Assembly: GCA_964016885.1 (NCBI GenBank)
Contig: OZ024741.1
Span: 267,654,001-267,718,000, forward strand
Reading direction: 5' to 3'
Source of the DNA: Eledone cirrhosa
Lineage: Eukaryota
DNA: 64,000 bases
Below are positions 1 through 12,699 of the stretch, one piece after another; positions within the stretch are counted from its first letter, which is position 1; every line of letters starts with the position of its first letter. The translations under genes and the position numbers were made by a program. The notes beneath the pieces are model-generated. The model had not been told where the DNA came from. It made no database searches and was given only the letters and a program-made list of their open reading frames with translations.

Positions 1-3000
1 AGCCTAAAGTAGAAACTTTGCCTTTCATCCTGACCTTCAGCCTAAAGTAGAAACTTTGCCTTTCATCCTGACCTTCAGCCTAAAGTAGAAACTTTGCCTT
101 TCATCCTGACCTTGAGCCTAAAGTAGAAACTTTGCCTTTCATCCTGACCTTGAGCCTAAAGTAGAAACTTTGCCTTTCATCCTGACCTTCAGCCTAAAGT
201 AGAAACTTTGCCTTTCATCCTGACCTTGAGCCTAAAGTAGAAACTTTGCCTTTCATCCTGACCTTCAGCCTAAAGTAGAAACTTTGCCTTTCATCCTGAC
301 CTTCAGCCTAAAGTAGAAACTTTGCCTTTCATCCTGACCTTCAGCCTAAAGTAGAAACTTTGCCTTTCATCCTGACCTTCAGCCTAAAGTAGAAACTTTG
401 CCTTTCATCCTGACCTTCAGCCTAAAGTAGAAACTTTGCCTTTCATCCTGACCTTCAGCCTAAAGTAGAAACTTTGCCTTTCATCCTGACCTTCAGCCTA
501 AAGTAGAAACTTTGCCTTTCATCCTGACCTTCAGCCTAAAGTAGAAACTTTGCCTTTCATCCTGACCTTCAGCCTAAAGTAGAAACTTTGCCTTTCATCC
601 TGACCTTCAGCCTAAAGTAGAAACTTTGCCTTTCATCCTGACCTTCAGCCTAAAGTAGAAACTTTGCCTTTCATCCTGACCTTCAGCCTAAAGTAGAAAC
701 TTTGCCTTTCATCCTGACCTTGAGCCTAAAGTAGAAACTTTGCCTTTCACCCTGACCTTGAGCCTAAAGTAGAAACTTTGCCTTTCATCCTGACCTTGAG
801 CCTAAAGTAGAAACTTTGCCTTTCATCCTGACCTTCAGCCTAAAGTAGAAACTTTGCCTTTCATCCTGACCTTGAGCCTAAAGTAGAAACTTTGCCTTTC
901 ATCCTGACCTTGAGCCTAAAGTAGAAACTTTGCCTTTCATCCTGACCTTGAGCCTAAAGTAGAAACTTTGCCTTTCATCCTGACCTTCAGCCTAAAGTAG
1001 AAACTTTGCCTTTCATCCTGACCTTCAGCCTAAAGTAGAAACTTTGCCTTTCATCCTGACCTTCAGCCTAAAGTAGAAACTTTGCCTTTCATCCTGACCT
1101 TCAGCCTAAAGTAGAAACTTTGCCTTTCATCCTGACCTTGAGCCTAAAGTAGAAACTTTGCCTTTCATCCTGACCTTCAGCCTAAAGTAGAAACTTTGCC
1201 TTTCATCCTGACCTTGAGCCTAAAGTAGAAACTTTGCCTTTCATCCTGACCTTGAGCCTAAAGTAGAAACTTTGCCTTTCATCCTGACCTTGAGCCTAAA
1301 GTAGAAACTTTGCCTTTCATCCTGACCTTGAGCCTAAAGTAGAAACTTTGCCTTTCATCCTGACCTTCAGCCTAAAGTAGAAACTTTGCCTTTCATCCTG
1401 ACCTTGAGCCTAAAGTAGAAACTTTGCCTTTCATCCTGACCTTGAGCCTAAAGTAGAAACTTTGCCTTTCATCCTGACCTTGAGCCTAAAGTAGAAACTT
1501 TGCCTTTCATCCTGACCTTCAGCCTAAAGTAGAAACTTTGCCTTTCATCCTGACCTTGAGCCTAAAGTAGAAACTTTGCCTTTCATCCTGACCTTGAGCC
1601 TAAAGTAGAAACTTTGCCTTTCATCCTGACCTTCAGCCTAAAGTAGAAACTTTGCCTTTCATCCTGACCTTGAGCCTAAAGTAGAAACTTTGCCTTTCAT
1701 CCTGACCTTCAGCCTAAAGTAGAAACTTTGCCTTTCATCCTGACCTTCAGCCTAAAGTAGAAACTTTGCCTTTCATCCTGACCTTGAGCCTAAAGTAGAA
1801 ACTTTGCCTTTCATCCTGACCTTGAGCCTAAAGTAGAAACTTTGCCTTTCATCCTGACCTTGAGCCTAAAGTAGAAACTTTGCCTTTCATCCTGACCTTG
1901 AGCCTAAAGTAGAAACTTTGCCTTTCATCCTGACCTTGAGCCTAAAGTAGAAACTTTGCCTTTCATCCTGACCTTCAGCCTAAAGTAGAAACTTTGCCTT
2001 TCATCCTGACCTTCAGCCTAAAGTAGAAACTTTGCCTTTCATCCTGACCTTGAGCCTAAAGTAGAAACTTTGCCTTTCATCCTGACCTTCAGCCTAAAGT
2101 AGAAACTTTGCCTTTCATCCTGACCTTCAGCCTAAAGTAGAAACTTTGCCTTTCATCCTGACCTTCAGCCTAAAGTAGAAACTTTGCCTTTCATCCTGAC
2201 CTTGAGCCTAAAGTAGAAACTTTGCCTTTCATCCTGACCTTCAGCCTAAAGTAGAAACTTTGCCTTTCATCCTGACCTTGAGCCTAAAGTAGAAACTTTG
2301 CCTTTCATCCTGACCTTCAGCCTAAAGTAGAAACTTTGCCTTTCATCCTGACCTTGAGCCTAAAGTAGAAACTTTGCCTTTCACCCTGACCTTCAGCCTA
2401 AAGTAGAAACTTTGCCTTTCATCCTGACCTTCAGCCTAAAGTAGAAACTTTGCCTTTCATCCTGACCTTCAGCCTAAAGTAGAAACTTTGCCTTTCATCC
2501 TGACCTTCAGCCTAAAGTAGAAACTTTGCCTTTCATCCTGACCTTCAGCCTAAAGTAGAAACTTTGCCTTTCATCCTGACCTTCAGCCTAAAGTAGAAAC
2601 TTTGCCTTTCATCCTGACCTTGAGCCTAAAGTAGAAACTTTGCCTTTCATCCTGACCTTGAGCCTAAAGTAGAAACTTTGCCTTTCATCCTGACCTTGAG
2701 CCTAAAGTAGAAACTTTGCCTTTCATCCTGACCTTCAGCCTAAAGTAGAAACTTTGCCTTTCATCCTGACCTTGAGCCTAAAGTAGAAACTTTGCCTTTC
2801 ACCCTGACCTTCAGCCTAAAGTAGAAACTTTGCCTTTCATCCTGACCTTCAGCCTAAAGTAGAAACTTTGCCTTTCATCCTGACCTTCAGCCTAAAGTAG
2901 AAACTTTGCCTTTCATCCTGACCTTCAGCCTAAAGTAGAAACTTTGCCTTTCATCCTGACCTTCAGCCTAAAGTAGAAACTTTGCCTTTCATCCTGACCT

Positions 3001-5563
3001 TCAGCCTAAAGTAGAAACTTTGCCTTTCATCCTGACCTTGAGCCTAAAGTAGAAACTTTGCCTTTCATCCTGACCTTGAGCCTAAAGTAGAAACTTTGCC
3101 TTTCATCCTGACCTTCAGCCTAAAGTAGAAACATTGCCTTTCATCCTGACCTTCAGCCTAAAGTAGAAACTTTGCCTTTCATCCTGACCTTGAGCCTAAA
3201 GTAGAAACTTTGCCTTTCATCCTGACCTTCAGCCTAAAGTAGAAACTTTGCCTTTCATCCTGACCTTCAGCCTAAAGTAGAAACTTTGCCTTTCATCCTG
3301 ACCTTGAGCCTAAAGTAGAAACTTTGCCTTTCATCCTGACCTTCAGCCTAAAGTAGAAACTTTGCCTTTCATCCTGACCTTCAGCCTAAAGTAGAAACTT
3401 TGCCTTTCATCCTGACCTTCAGCCTAAAGTAGAAACTTTGCCTTTCATCCTGACCTTGAGCCTAAAGTAGAAACTTTGCCTTTCATCCTGACCTTGAGCC
3501 TAAAGTAGAAACTTTGCCTTTCATCCTGACCTTCAGCCTAAAGTAGAAACTTTGCCTTTCATCCTGACCTTGAGCCTAAAGTAGAAACTTTGCCTTTCAT
3601 CCTGACCTTCAGCCTAAAGTAGAAACTTTGCCTTTCATCCTGACCTTCAGCCTAAAGTAGAAACTTTGCCTTTCATCCTGACCTTCAGCCTAAAGTAGAA
3701 ACTTTGCCTTTCATCCTGACCTTCAGCCTAAAGTAGAAACTTTGCCTTTCATCCTGACCTTCAGCCTAAAGTAGAAACTTTGCCTTTCATCCTGACCTTG
3801 AGCCTAAAGAAGAAACTTTGCCTTTCATCCTGACCTTCAGCCTAAAGTAGAAACTTTGCCTTTCATCCTGACCTTGAGCCTAAAGTAGAAACTTTGCCTT
3901 TCATCCTGACCTTCAGCCTAAAGTAGAAACTTTGCCTTTCATCCTGACCTTCAGCCTAAAGTAGAAACTTTGCCTTTCATCCTGACCTTCAGCCTAAAGT
4001 AGAAACTTTGCCTTTCATCCTGACCTTGAGCCTAAAGTAGAAACTTTGCCTTTCATCCTGACCTTGAGCCTAAAGTAGAAACTTTGCCTTTCATCCTGAC
4101 CTTGAGCCTAAAGTAGAAACTTTGCCTTTCATCCTGACCTTCAGCCTAAAGTAGAAACTTTGCCTTTCATCCTGACCTTGAGCCTAAAGTAGAAACTTTG
4201 CCTTTCATCCTGACCTTCAGCCTAAAGTAGAAACTTTGCCTTTCATCCTGACCTTCAGCCTAAAGTAGAAACTTTGCCTTTCATCCTGACCTTCAGCCTA
4301 AAGTAGAAACTTTGCCTTTCATCCTGACCTTCAGCCTAAAGTAGAAACTTTGCCTTTCATCCTGACCTTGAGCCTAAAGTAGAAACTTTGCCTTTCATCC
4401 TGACCTTGAGCCTAAAGTAGAAACTTTGCCTTTCATCCTGACCTTGAGCCTAAAGTAGAAACTTTGCCTTTCATCCTGACCTTCAGCCTAAAGTAGAAAC
4501 TTTGCCTTTCATCCTGACCTTGAGCCTAAAGTAGAAACTTTGCCTTTCATCCTGACCTTCAGCCTAAAGTAGAAACTTTGCCTTTCATCCTGACCTTCAG
4601 CCTAAAGTAGAAACTTTGCCTTTCATCCTGACCTTCAGCCTAAAGTAGAAACTTTGCCTTTCATCCTGACCTTGAGCCTAAAGTAGAAACGTTGCCTTTC
4701 ATCCTGACCTTCAGCCTAAAGTAGAAACTTTGCCTTTCATCCTGACCTTGAGCCTAAAGTAGAAACTTTGCCTTTCATCCTGACCTTCAGCCTAAAGTAG
4801 AAACTTTGCCTTTCATCCTGACCTTGAGCCTAAAGTAGAAACTTTGCCTTTCATCCTGACCTTGAGCCTAAAGTAGAAACTTTGCCTTTCATCCTGACCT
4901 TCAGCCTAAAGTAGAAACTTTGCCTTTCATCCTGACGTTGAGCCTAAAGTAGAAACTTTGCCTTTCATCCTGAACTTGAGCCTAAAGTAGAAACTTTGCC
5001 TTTCATCCTGACCTTGAGCCTAAAGTAGAAACTTTGCCTTTCATCCTGACCTTCAGCCTAAAGTAGAAACTTTGCCTTTCATCCTGACCTTGAGCCTAAA
5101 GTAGAAACTTTGCCTTTCATCCTGACCTTGAGCCTAAAGTAGAAACTTTGCCTTTCATCCTGACCTTGAGCCTAAAGTAGAAACTTTGCCTTTCATCCTG
5201 ACCTTGAGCCTAAAGTAGAAACTTTGCCTTTCATCCTGACCTTGAGCCTAAAGTAGAAACTTTGCCTTTCATCCTGACCTTGAGCCTAAAGTAGAAACTT
5301 TGCCTTTCATCCTGACCTTGAGCCTAAAGTAGAAACTTTGCCTTTCATCCTGACCTTGAGCCTAAAGTAGAAACTTTGCCTTTCATCCTGACCTTGAGCC
5401 TAAAGTAGAAACTTTGCCTTTCATCCTGACCTTGAGCCTAAAGTAGAAACTTTGCCTTTCATCCTGACCTTGAGCCTAAAGTAGAAACTTTGCCTTTCAT
5501 CCTGACCTTCAGCCTAAAGTAGAAACTTTGCCTTTCATCCTGACCTTCAGCCTAAAGTAGAAA
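1..5563. repeat. 38-bp tandem satellite, about 146 units, open at the left edge; unit AGCCTAAAGTAGAAACTTTGCCTTTCATCCTGACCTT[C/G]
   Basis: Exact 38-nt periodicity read directly. Variation is almost confined to one C/G position, with a few single-unit variants. No spacers. Confidence 0.99.
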
Positions 5564-5574
5564 TCATTATTATT

Positions 5575-6025
5575 GTGAATTGACAAAATAGTTAGTGTTG
5601 GACAAAATGTCATGTGGGATTTAGTTGCAACTCTCTTTGTTCTGAGTTCAATTCTCACTGATGTCCATTTTGCCTTTCATCCTTCCTGGGTCAATAATAA
5701 AAGAAAGTACCAATAAGTACTGGAGTCGACTTAATTGGCTTTTCCTTCCTCTCCCCCAAAATTGTTGGCCTTGTGCCTAAATCAGAAATTTATTATCATC
5801 ATTATAAAGATGGTGGATTGGCAATCAGTAGAGCACCAGGCAAATGCTTAGTGGCATATCTTTCGGTTCTTTACATTCTGAGTTCAAATTCCTCCAAGTT
5901 TGACTTTCATCCTTCCAGAGTTGATAAAATGAAGTATTGCTTAAGTAATGGGGTTGATTTACTCAGCTTCCCTTTTACCCACGGATATTGCTGGCCTCAT
6001 GCCTAAATTAAAAACCATTATTATT
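5575..6025 (+). mobile_element. Two diverged tandem tRNA-derived SINE copies
   Basis: B-box-like GAGTTCAA(A/T)TC, core (T)TTGCCTTTCATCC, and tail GGCCTTGTGCCTAAA followed by (ATT)n; same family as 13232-13421. Confidence 0.75.
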
Positions 6026-6230
6026 GTTGTTGTTTTTTCTATAATTTCATGTAAGTTTCCACTGCATCACATGGTGCACCTGCATTCCTGAGGTGTGTGC
6101 AGCATTGTATTCTTATTTTTGTGTGGTTTAGAGGAGTAGAGACTCCTGTTAATGTACTGAGTCAGTTTTGTCTTGTTATTTCTTGTGTAATGTGAGTTGT
6201 GTTATTTTATTAGATATCAATCATGTAGAG

Positions 6231-6778
6231 CAGAGGTTCCCAGCCTTTTTGCATGTAAGGGCCTCATTAACATTCCAAATTTAGTTGAGGGCCACATATT
6301 AGAATTATTCATACTATCGAAGACAGTTCATGTTTTTATGATGAGAGACTTGCACTTAAAATTGCTGAGTTTTCAATCAAAACTCATTAGACACGTTTTT
6401 TTCTGTGAAAGTCTTTTGAAGTCTGTTGCGTTATGTTGAAGGACATAGAGAAACACACACACACACACGTGTTTTTTTGTCCTTTTTTGAAGTTGCGTTG
6501 CCTATATGTTGAAATTTTTCCGCCACACACACACACACATACATATTGAAGTGTGACGGACAGACAGACAGAATATAGATTATTACTATTACATCTACTT
6601 TGCTAAGTAGTTTGAATTTATATAAAAATTAGCATAAATATTCAAAACATAGCAAAAATCCTGTTGTGCAGTTGCTGGCTATATGCAATCTGCTGGATAA
6701 GAACGTAATTATGAGGGCTGCATCAAGCATCTTTAAAGGGAACATGCGGCCCTAGGGCCACAGGTTGGGGATCCCCAA
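6231..6778. mobile_element. hAT(Charlie)-like MITE, degraded
   Basis: Imperfect terminal inverted repeats CAGAGGTTCCCAGCC ... GGTTGGGGATCCCC resembling the CAGGGGT(T/C)CCCAAC termini of hAT elements. Confidence 0.5.
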
Positions 6779-6933
6779 TGTAATGTTGTGTGAGTTGTGT
6801 TGTTTTATTTCATTAAGTGTTTATTGTATTCTGTTTGAGCTATTCTATTGAATCAATAATGCCCTATGCATGATGTGGACTGCTCCCTGCAGAGCTCTTT
6901 TTTGGACAGTGTAAAATGTTGTCAACTCTAGTA

Positions 6934-7120
6934 TTGCTCCAGCCTGACCACAGTCTAATGAGTGAAACCAGTCAAAAACGTATAAGAATAATTCTCTTCA
7001 AAACAGTGCTCCAGCATGAGCACAGTCTAATGAGGGAAAACAGTAAATTAGTATAAGAATAATTCTTTTCAAGGTAGTGCTCCAGCATGACTATAGTTTA
7101 ATGATTGAAACCAATAAAAG
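6934..7120 (+). repeat. Three tandem ~72-bp copies of a retroposon-tail-like motif
   Basis: TGCTCCAGC(A/C)TGA..CAGTCTAATGA..GAAAC(C)AGT recurs at about 6934, 7007 and 7078. Confidence 0.7.
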
Positions 7121-7144
7121 AATTAACTTCAATATTTCACTTAC

Positions 7145-7210
7145 CTGGGAAAAGCTGATAAAGAAATCATGGTTTCGTTTGGGCCCAATAATTCTTTCAG
7201 TTCTCTACGC
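7145..7210 (-). CDS. GCLC: GCLC-like coding exon 4 (RRRELKELLGPNETMISLSAFPR)
   Basis: AG/GT flanks (aatattttag / gtaagtg), phase-compatible with exon 3; aligns by eye to the GCLC segment RRKEATSILEENQALCTITSFPR. Confidence 0.85.
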
Positions 7211-7262
7211 CTAAAATATTTACAAAATGGGTTTTTGGTGTAAGTGAACAAAATACATGTTA

Positions 7263-7574
7263 TACTCTCAGGTCCCAAATAATAAGGGTTGGGGGAATAA
7301 GCAGGGGTGTGTGTGGGAAATCGATAATTTTTCTAGGATGTCTCCCTTGATTTTTTAAAAAACCAGAATTAGTCATTTAGTTTACATATTAAGACCCTAA
7401 CCTAACCCATTTATTTTATAATGTATGAGGTTTCTTGTAATGTTCTTTTTTGTCGTGTATAATGTTTTTTTTAATGTCTGTAGAAAATTGTCACAGGAAT
7501 GCTACCACTTAAAACAAAAATCTGAAAATTTAATAATCTGGGGTGTAGGGACGATTATTTGAGACCCAAGAGTA
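7263..7574. mobile_element. TA-flanked MITE (Tc1/mariner-like TIRs)
   Basis: TIRs TACTCTCAGGTCCCAAATAAT / ATTATTTGAGACCCAAGAGTA; homologous interiors at about 32703-33089 and 62621-62996. Confidence 0.7.
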
Positions 7575-7849
7575 TACATTTTATCTGGCATAGAATATAC
7601 ATACATACACACTCACACATATTGGTAAATAATGTACTACTGAACATAGGCAGGTGATTAGTAAGTTCAGATTAAGAACTAGACGGACCCAGAAACATGA
7701 AGTAGTTTGGAGGAGGAAAATGTGGATGATAAAGGATCTGTCTAATCAGTTGTATGTTCAGAGAAGTTCTAGTTGACACATGAGAGTTGAAGGGTGGGGT
7801 GCATGAAGATAGAGATGTAACATAGAAGAGAGCTGGGAGTTTCTATGAG

Positions 7850-8480
7850 ACAGACCTGTCAACTCTCCCCGTCCAACAGGGAGATATCCCACACACTTTG
7901 GGATGGGTGATAGATGTCTTCTCTTGTGAAAATGGGTATAGCTTTCATTATATAAAATCTCCCCATTTTGCCTCATTTTTCCCCTTTTTGAGGCACTCTT
8001 TTTCATGGTACTCCCCATTTGGGTTTTTAGAGATTGGCAGCTTTTACAAGTGGGAAGAAGAAATTGAGACTTAATATAACAGAAAGCTGGGAATTTCTAT
8101 GGGATGACAGAAGGGAAGAAGAAAATGAGACTTAATATCAAACCTGCCAACCTCTGAAAACCCAAACGGGGAGTACCATGAAAAAAAGTGCCTCAAAACG
8201 GGGAGAAATGAGGCAAAATGGAGAGATCTTACATAATTGTTTCTACGTTAGGCACAAGGCCAGCAATTACCCAGTGCATTACTGGTACTTTATTTTATCG
8301 ACCCCGTAAGGATGAAAGGCAAAGTTAACCTCGGCGGGATTTGAACTCAGAATGGCAAGGGCGGTAACTCTATACGTCAAAAATGAAAGCTATACCCATT
8401 TTCAGAAGTGAAGACATCTCTCCCCCACCACAAAGTGGGTGGGAGATCTCCCTGTCAGATGAGGAGAGTTGACAGGTGTG
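7850..8480. mobile_element. Two ~190-bp MITE copies in inverted orientation, the second interrupted by a SINE (~8235-8380)
   Basis: 7850-8040 is the reverse complement of 8143-8237 plus 8382-8480; termini ACCTG(T/C)CAAC ... GTTG(A/G)CAG. Confidence 0.65.
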
Positions 8481-8828
8481 CTTAATTTAGAAGAGAGCTG
8501 GGAGTTTCTATGAGACAACCTGCTGAAGTCTACAGACCTGATCTGTGGCTGGAGTAATGTACCATCCTGGTGGAAGGTGACATGGAAGTGGAATAGTTCT
8601 GTAGATAGAGCTGTCAAAGCTAAATGACAGACATGGAAAGTTTGGAAGAAAGGGTAGTGGGGAGAGGCACCGGAAAACAATATCAAGTGCTTAGAAGTCA
8701 TGTATATACTCTGCAAAGTGATTGGCAGTGATGTGAGGATCAAAAGGTGGAGGTGTTCTAGACTGCACATATTATATTCTTCTCATCATCATTATCAACA
8801 ACAGCAGTAGCAGCAGCTGTTACTTCAT

Positions 8829-8860
<32 letters not shown>

Positions 8861-9355
8861 GCATTTTCATTATCACACCACCACCACCATCATGCATTTG
8901 TTGGGATGGGTTAGATGGCTTGTTACAGATTGTCTGTAGTTAATCAGAGACACTGTCAATCAAGACAAGTTGGAGTACTACATCTCAATATATTGCCGAG
9001 TGCCATTTCTAATGTCAATCCCTTTACTGGGAACATTTTATGTCATGCTCTTAACACAATTGAAAAGTCCTCTCTACCCCATGTTGTTATCTTCAAATAT
9101 ATTTCACTATAAATGTAAATATTGTTATTGTTATATTTGGGGAGGGTCATGTTGACCTAATATTGCCCAAAATAGTAAAACACTCACACTGTTTGGTTTG
9201 GTTTTCGCTTCAGAATATTTTAATATTTTTATAAATAATTTAGCTGGTAATCAATGTGTGTTTTACTATTTTTAGCAATATTAGGACAATGTGACCCTAC
9301 CCAAATATAACAATATCTGTTTCAACAACCTTGCAAAACAAATAAATATAGTTAC

Positions 9356-9463
9356 CTTTCTTTAAAATGTTCTTCTGTAAGATTCAAATCAGTGATAGAA
9401 CTACCAAATGGATTCATGGGTTTTCCTTCCATCATAAACTCTGCATATTCTGGGCTCCAGGCA
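9356..9463 (-). CDS. GCLC: GCLC-like coding exon 3 (SAWSPEYAEFMMEGKPMNPFGSSITDLNLTEEHFKER)
   Basis: ctag/gtaac splice sites, 108 nt, phase 2-2; matches GCLC [20 protein letters not shown]. Confidence 0.88.
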
Positions 9464-9874
9464 CTAGATTAGTCAGTTTTTTTTAAAAGAAATTATATTT
9501 TGAAAAAAAGGGTCATTACTTTGGAATATGTAACATAAAGTAAAAGTGTAAAAGTATTGTTTTATCTTTCCTACTCTATTCTAGTTTTTACTCCTGTATT
9601 TCTAATTTGCACTGTACTGACTTTCTCACCATCACCATCATCACCCTTTTATGCCCATTTTCCATGTTGTCATGGCTTTGACAGGTTGTCATAGGACCAT
9701 ACATTCTAGTTTACCATGGTTTCTATGTGTGGATGCCTTTCCTAACACCAACAATTTTACAAACTGTCCTGTGTGAATTTTATCTTGGGAATAGATTTTA
9801 TATATATCTAAAAATCTTCTTTCATAATTTTATGAAAGAATCTTTAAGTTATGCTCCAGGCACTAGCTTAATAA

Positions 9875-10064
9875 TGATTTCTTCTACAAGGCCAGCAATT
9901 TTGGGGCAGGGGAAAGTCGATAAAATCGACCCCAGTTTATTTTATGAACCTCGTATGGATGAAAGGCAAAGCTAACCTTGGCGATTTGAACTCAGACAGT
10001 AACTCTATGCTGCAAAGCATGTTGTCCAATGCTCTACTGATTACTGCCAATCCACCGCACTAAA
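9875..10064 (-). mobile_element. tRNA-SINE inserted in a MITE, 14-bp TSD
   Basis: CACTAGCTTAATAA at 9861-9874 and 10065-10078 flanks a SINE with A/B boxes. Confidence 0.8.
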
Positions 10065-10250
10065 CACTAGCTTAATAACGAGGACATTTTGATTAAATTC
10101 CTCCAAATTTTGATTAAATTCCTCCAAATTTTTTATTATATTCCAAAATTATTTGTAAATCATAGGCAGTCTTTCGTTAGAAATATGGTAATGAAAGGGT
10201 TAATTATCCTCAAAGATTATATCAAATCTGGCACATATAAATATACTCAC

Positions 10251-10357
10251 CTTGATTTTATTGCCTTTACTTCAGGGGATGCAAGTAAAGCTGTAGAATT
10301 CAAAACTACCTGGGCAGATTTCTTTTCATGGTCAAATCGTAACAATGTATATTCAGT
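10251..10357 (-). CDS. GCLC: GCLC-like coding exon 2 (TEYTLLRFDHEKKSAQVVLNSTALLASPEVKAIKS)
   Basis: ttcatttcag / gtgagta splice sites, 107 nt; continues WGDE|TEY and matches GCLC VEYMLVSFDHENKKVRLVL. Confidence 0.88.
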
Positions 10358-10432
10358 CTGAAATGAAGCTACACTAATTATTTGATATTTTAGGAAATTT
10401 CTCTTTCAATGTCTCTCCCCCCCTCTCTCTCG

Positions 10433-10467
<35 letters not shown>

Positions 10468-10499
10468 GTTATGTTATAAACAACATAAGGCAATTATTC

Positions 10500-10552
10500 C
10501 ATTTACCAGTGGTTTCTTAAAAGCAAAAAATTTGCTTTCAATCATCAGAATG
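10500..10552 (-). ncRNA. Type I hammerhead ribozyme, family A (minus copy)
   Basis: Reverse complement of 10688-10741. Confidence 0.7.
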
Positions 10553-10687
10553 AAAAATTACTGGTCTGTTTATTGAATTTGGATTTTAAAAACAAAAATG
10601 CAATCTATATGAAAGTGAGCCTCACTTTCATATAGATTGTATTTTTGTTTTTAAAATCCAATATAAATAAACAGACCAGGATTTTTT

Positions 10688-10741
10688 CATTCTGATGATT
10701 GAAAGCAAAATTTTTTGCTTTTAAGAAACCACTGGTAAATG
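10688..10741 (+). ncRNA. Type I hammerhead ribozyme, family A
   Basis: CATT-CTGATGA-[TTGAAAGCAAAA/TTTTGCTTTTAA stem II]-GAAAC-CACTG-GTA-AATG; all three helices pair by eye. Confidence 0.75.
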
Positions 10742-10867
10742 GAATAATTGCCTTATGTTGTTTATTACATAACTATTAAGCTCTGTTACCTACATAGAGC
10801 ACTCTTTTTTCCTGGACTTTTCCGACGGAATTACTTCACATATATATATATATATTTTATATATATA

Positions 10868-11852
10868 TAATAATAATAATAATGAAATTATTGTGTACAG
10901 AGCTCAGGTACACTACAACTCATCAAAGGTGCATGTATAGTACATAGAATAATTGTTTCTACTTTTGGCACAAGGCCAGCAACTACCCAGTACATTACTG
11001 GTACTTTATTTTATCGACCCCGTAAGGATGAAAGGCAAAGTTAACCTCGGCGGGATTTGAACTCAGACAGTAAAGGGACGTAACTATGCTAGAAAGCATG
11101 ACGTCCGACTCTCTACCGATACTAATGTCAGGGAAGTGAATAGTGTACGAGTCATGAAATACATGTGTACGTGTGTATGGAGGGGGAACATTAGGTGTAG
11201 TATTGGCGAATTTCAGGAAGCATGGAATTTTAAAGGATGCAGTGTCTCGACAGCTAATAACTGATGCAGGGAGTTTGTTCCATGCTTCAGCAACTCTGCG
11301 CGTGAAAAAATGTTTCAGAAAGTCATGGGAGCTGTGCTGTTTTCTGACTTTGTAGACATGCCCACGTGTGTTAGACACATGGAAATCAAAAGGTTCTCAG
11401 GGTTGTTGTTGGCAAGATGGTTAATAATTTTATGGGTGTTTGCCAAGTCAGTTGCCAGGCATCGGAGCTTCAATGTATCCATGCCCAGAGAAGCAAGGCG
11501 TTCAGAGTATGGTAGATGTCTGATGGAGGTTATTCGCTTGGTTGCATGTCTCTGAACAGTTTTCAGGAGGTCAATGTTCTAAGCAAGATAGGGGTTCCAG
11601 ACTGGTGATGCAAATTCTAAGTGTGGTTGTACCATAGCTATATACAGCTTTAAATAGATAGCTGGAGAGCGGCTGACAAAGGTCTTGCTGAGTGATGCTA
11701 AGACACCCTCGGCCCTCTTGACAATTTTAGAGACGTGCTTTGTCCAACGCAAATCGCTGCTGACCGTAATTCCCAGGTTACGTTCACAAGAAGACTTCTT
11801 GATATTAGTGTTGTGGAGGGAGTATGTGGACGCTGGGTTTTTCCTCCCAAAC
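10868..11852 (-). mobile_element. 5'-truncated CR1-like LINE (RT C-terminus, stops present) with a SINE in its 3' UTR (~10950-11125)
   Basis: Near-identical to 33859-34640; motifs PHLEFASPVWNPY and HFFTRRVAEAWNKLP; (ATT)n tail. Confidence 0.9.
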
Positions 11853-12699
11853 ATATATACATATCAAATGAAAAAGATATATGTAAACTAGACCACCCAT
11901 GACCTGTTGGGTCACGTTCACTTCAAAATTTTTTTTAAAATCATGTTCACTTAAAAATTATTTTTAAATAATTAAAATACAGACATGTATATAATGTGAA
12001 ATGAAACTGGAAGGCCCCATATATATACATGTATGTATATATATATATAAATGTGTGTATGTGTGTATACATATATATATATGTGGGTGTCTGTGATCTA
12101 TATACACTGGTCATAGACACACACACATACACACACACACTCACATATATGTATATATATACATATCATCATCATCATCATTTTACATCCGCTTTTCCCT
12201 GCTTGCAAGGGTGGGACGGGAACTGATTCTGGCTTGATTTCTACAGCTGGATGCCCTTCCTAGCACCAACCTCATTTACAGTGAGTGCTGGGTGCTTTTT
12301 TGCCGTGGCACCTCCACGACCACTTTGCAGTGGAATGATATGGACCCCAGTCCCTATCATCTCATTTCTACAGCTGAGTAAACTGGAGCAATGTGAAATA
12401 AAGTGTCTTGCTCAAGGAAACAATACATCACCTGGTCTGAGAATTGAACTCACAACCTTTCGTAGAAAAATATGAGTACATATTCTTCCATGAAATATCT
12501 ATCTAGTATATATACAATATACAGTGTTTTCTCTATGGTATATGGTTCTTTCTCTCTATATATATACATATATCTTTTTCATTGATTTATTATGGTTGTG
12601 GATAAAGTCTATTAAGCTTGCTTATTGAGAAACATAATTCTAACATATTTGATGCTTTGATTCATTACATTTATATATATTTATATATATATATATACC

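Larger units (their letters stand above)
10469..10840. mobile_element. ORF-less fold-back PLE terminal fragment between (TA)n tracts
   Basis: About 10469-10618 is the reverse complement of about 10621-10775; each arm carries a hammerhead motif. Confidence 0.75.

Noticed and set aside
1-5563. CRISPR array (38-bp repeats)
   Set aside because: Units are contiguous with no unique spacers, there are no cas genes, and the context is eukaryotic.
5564-7140. GCLC exon 5 (LGC..FT motif)
   Set aside because: Not found by eye; it probably lies beyond the satellite, outside the window.
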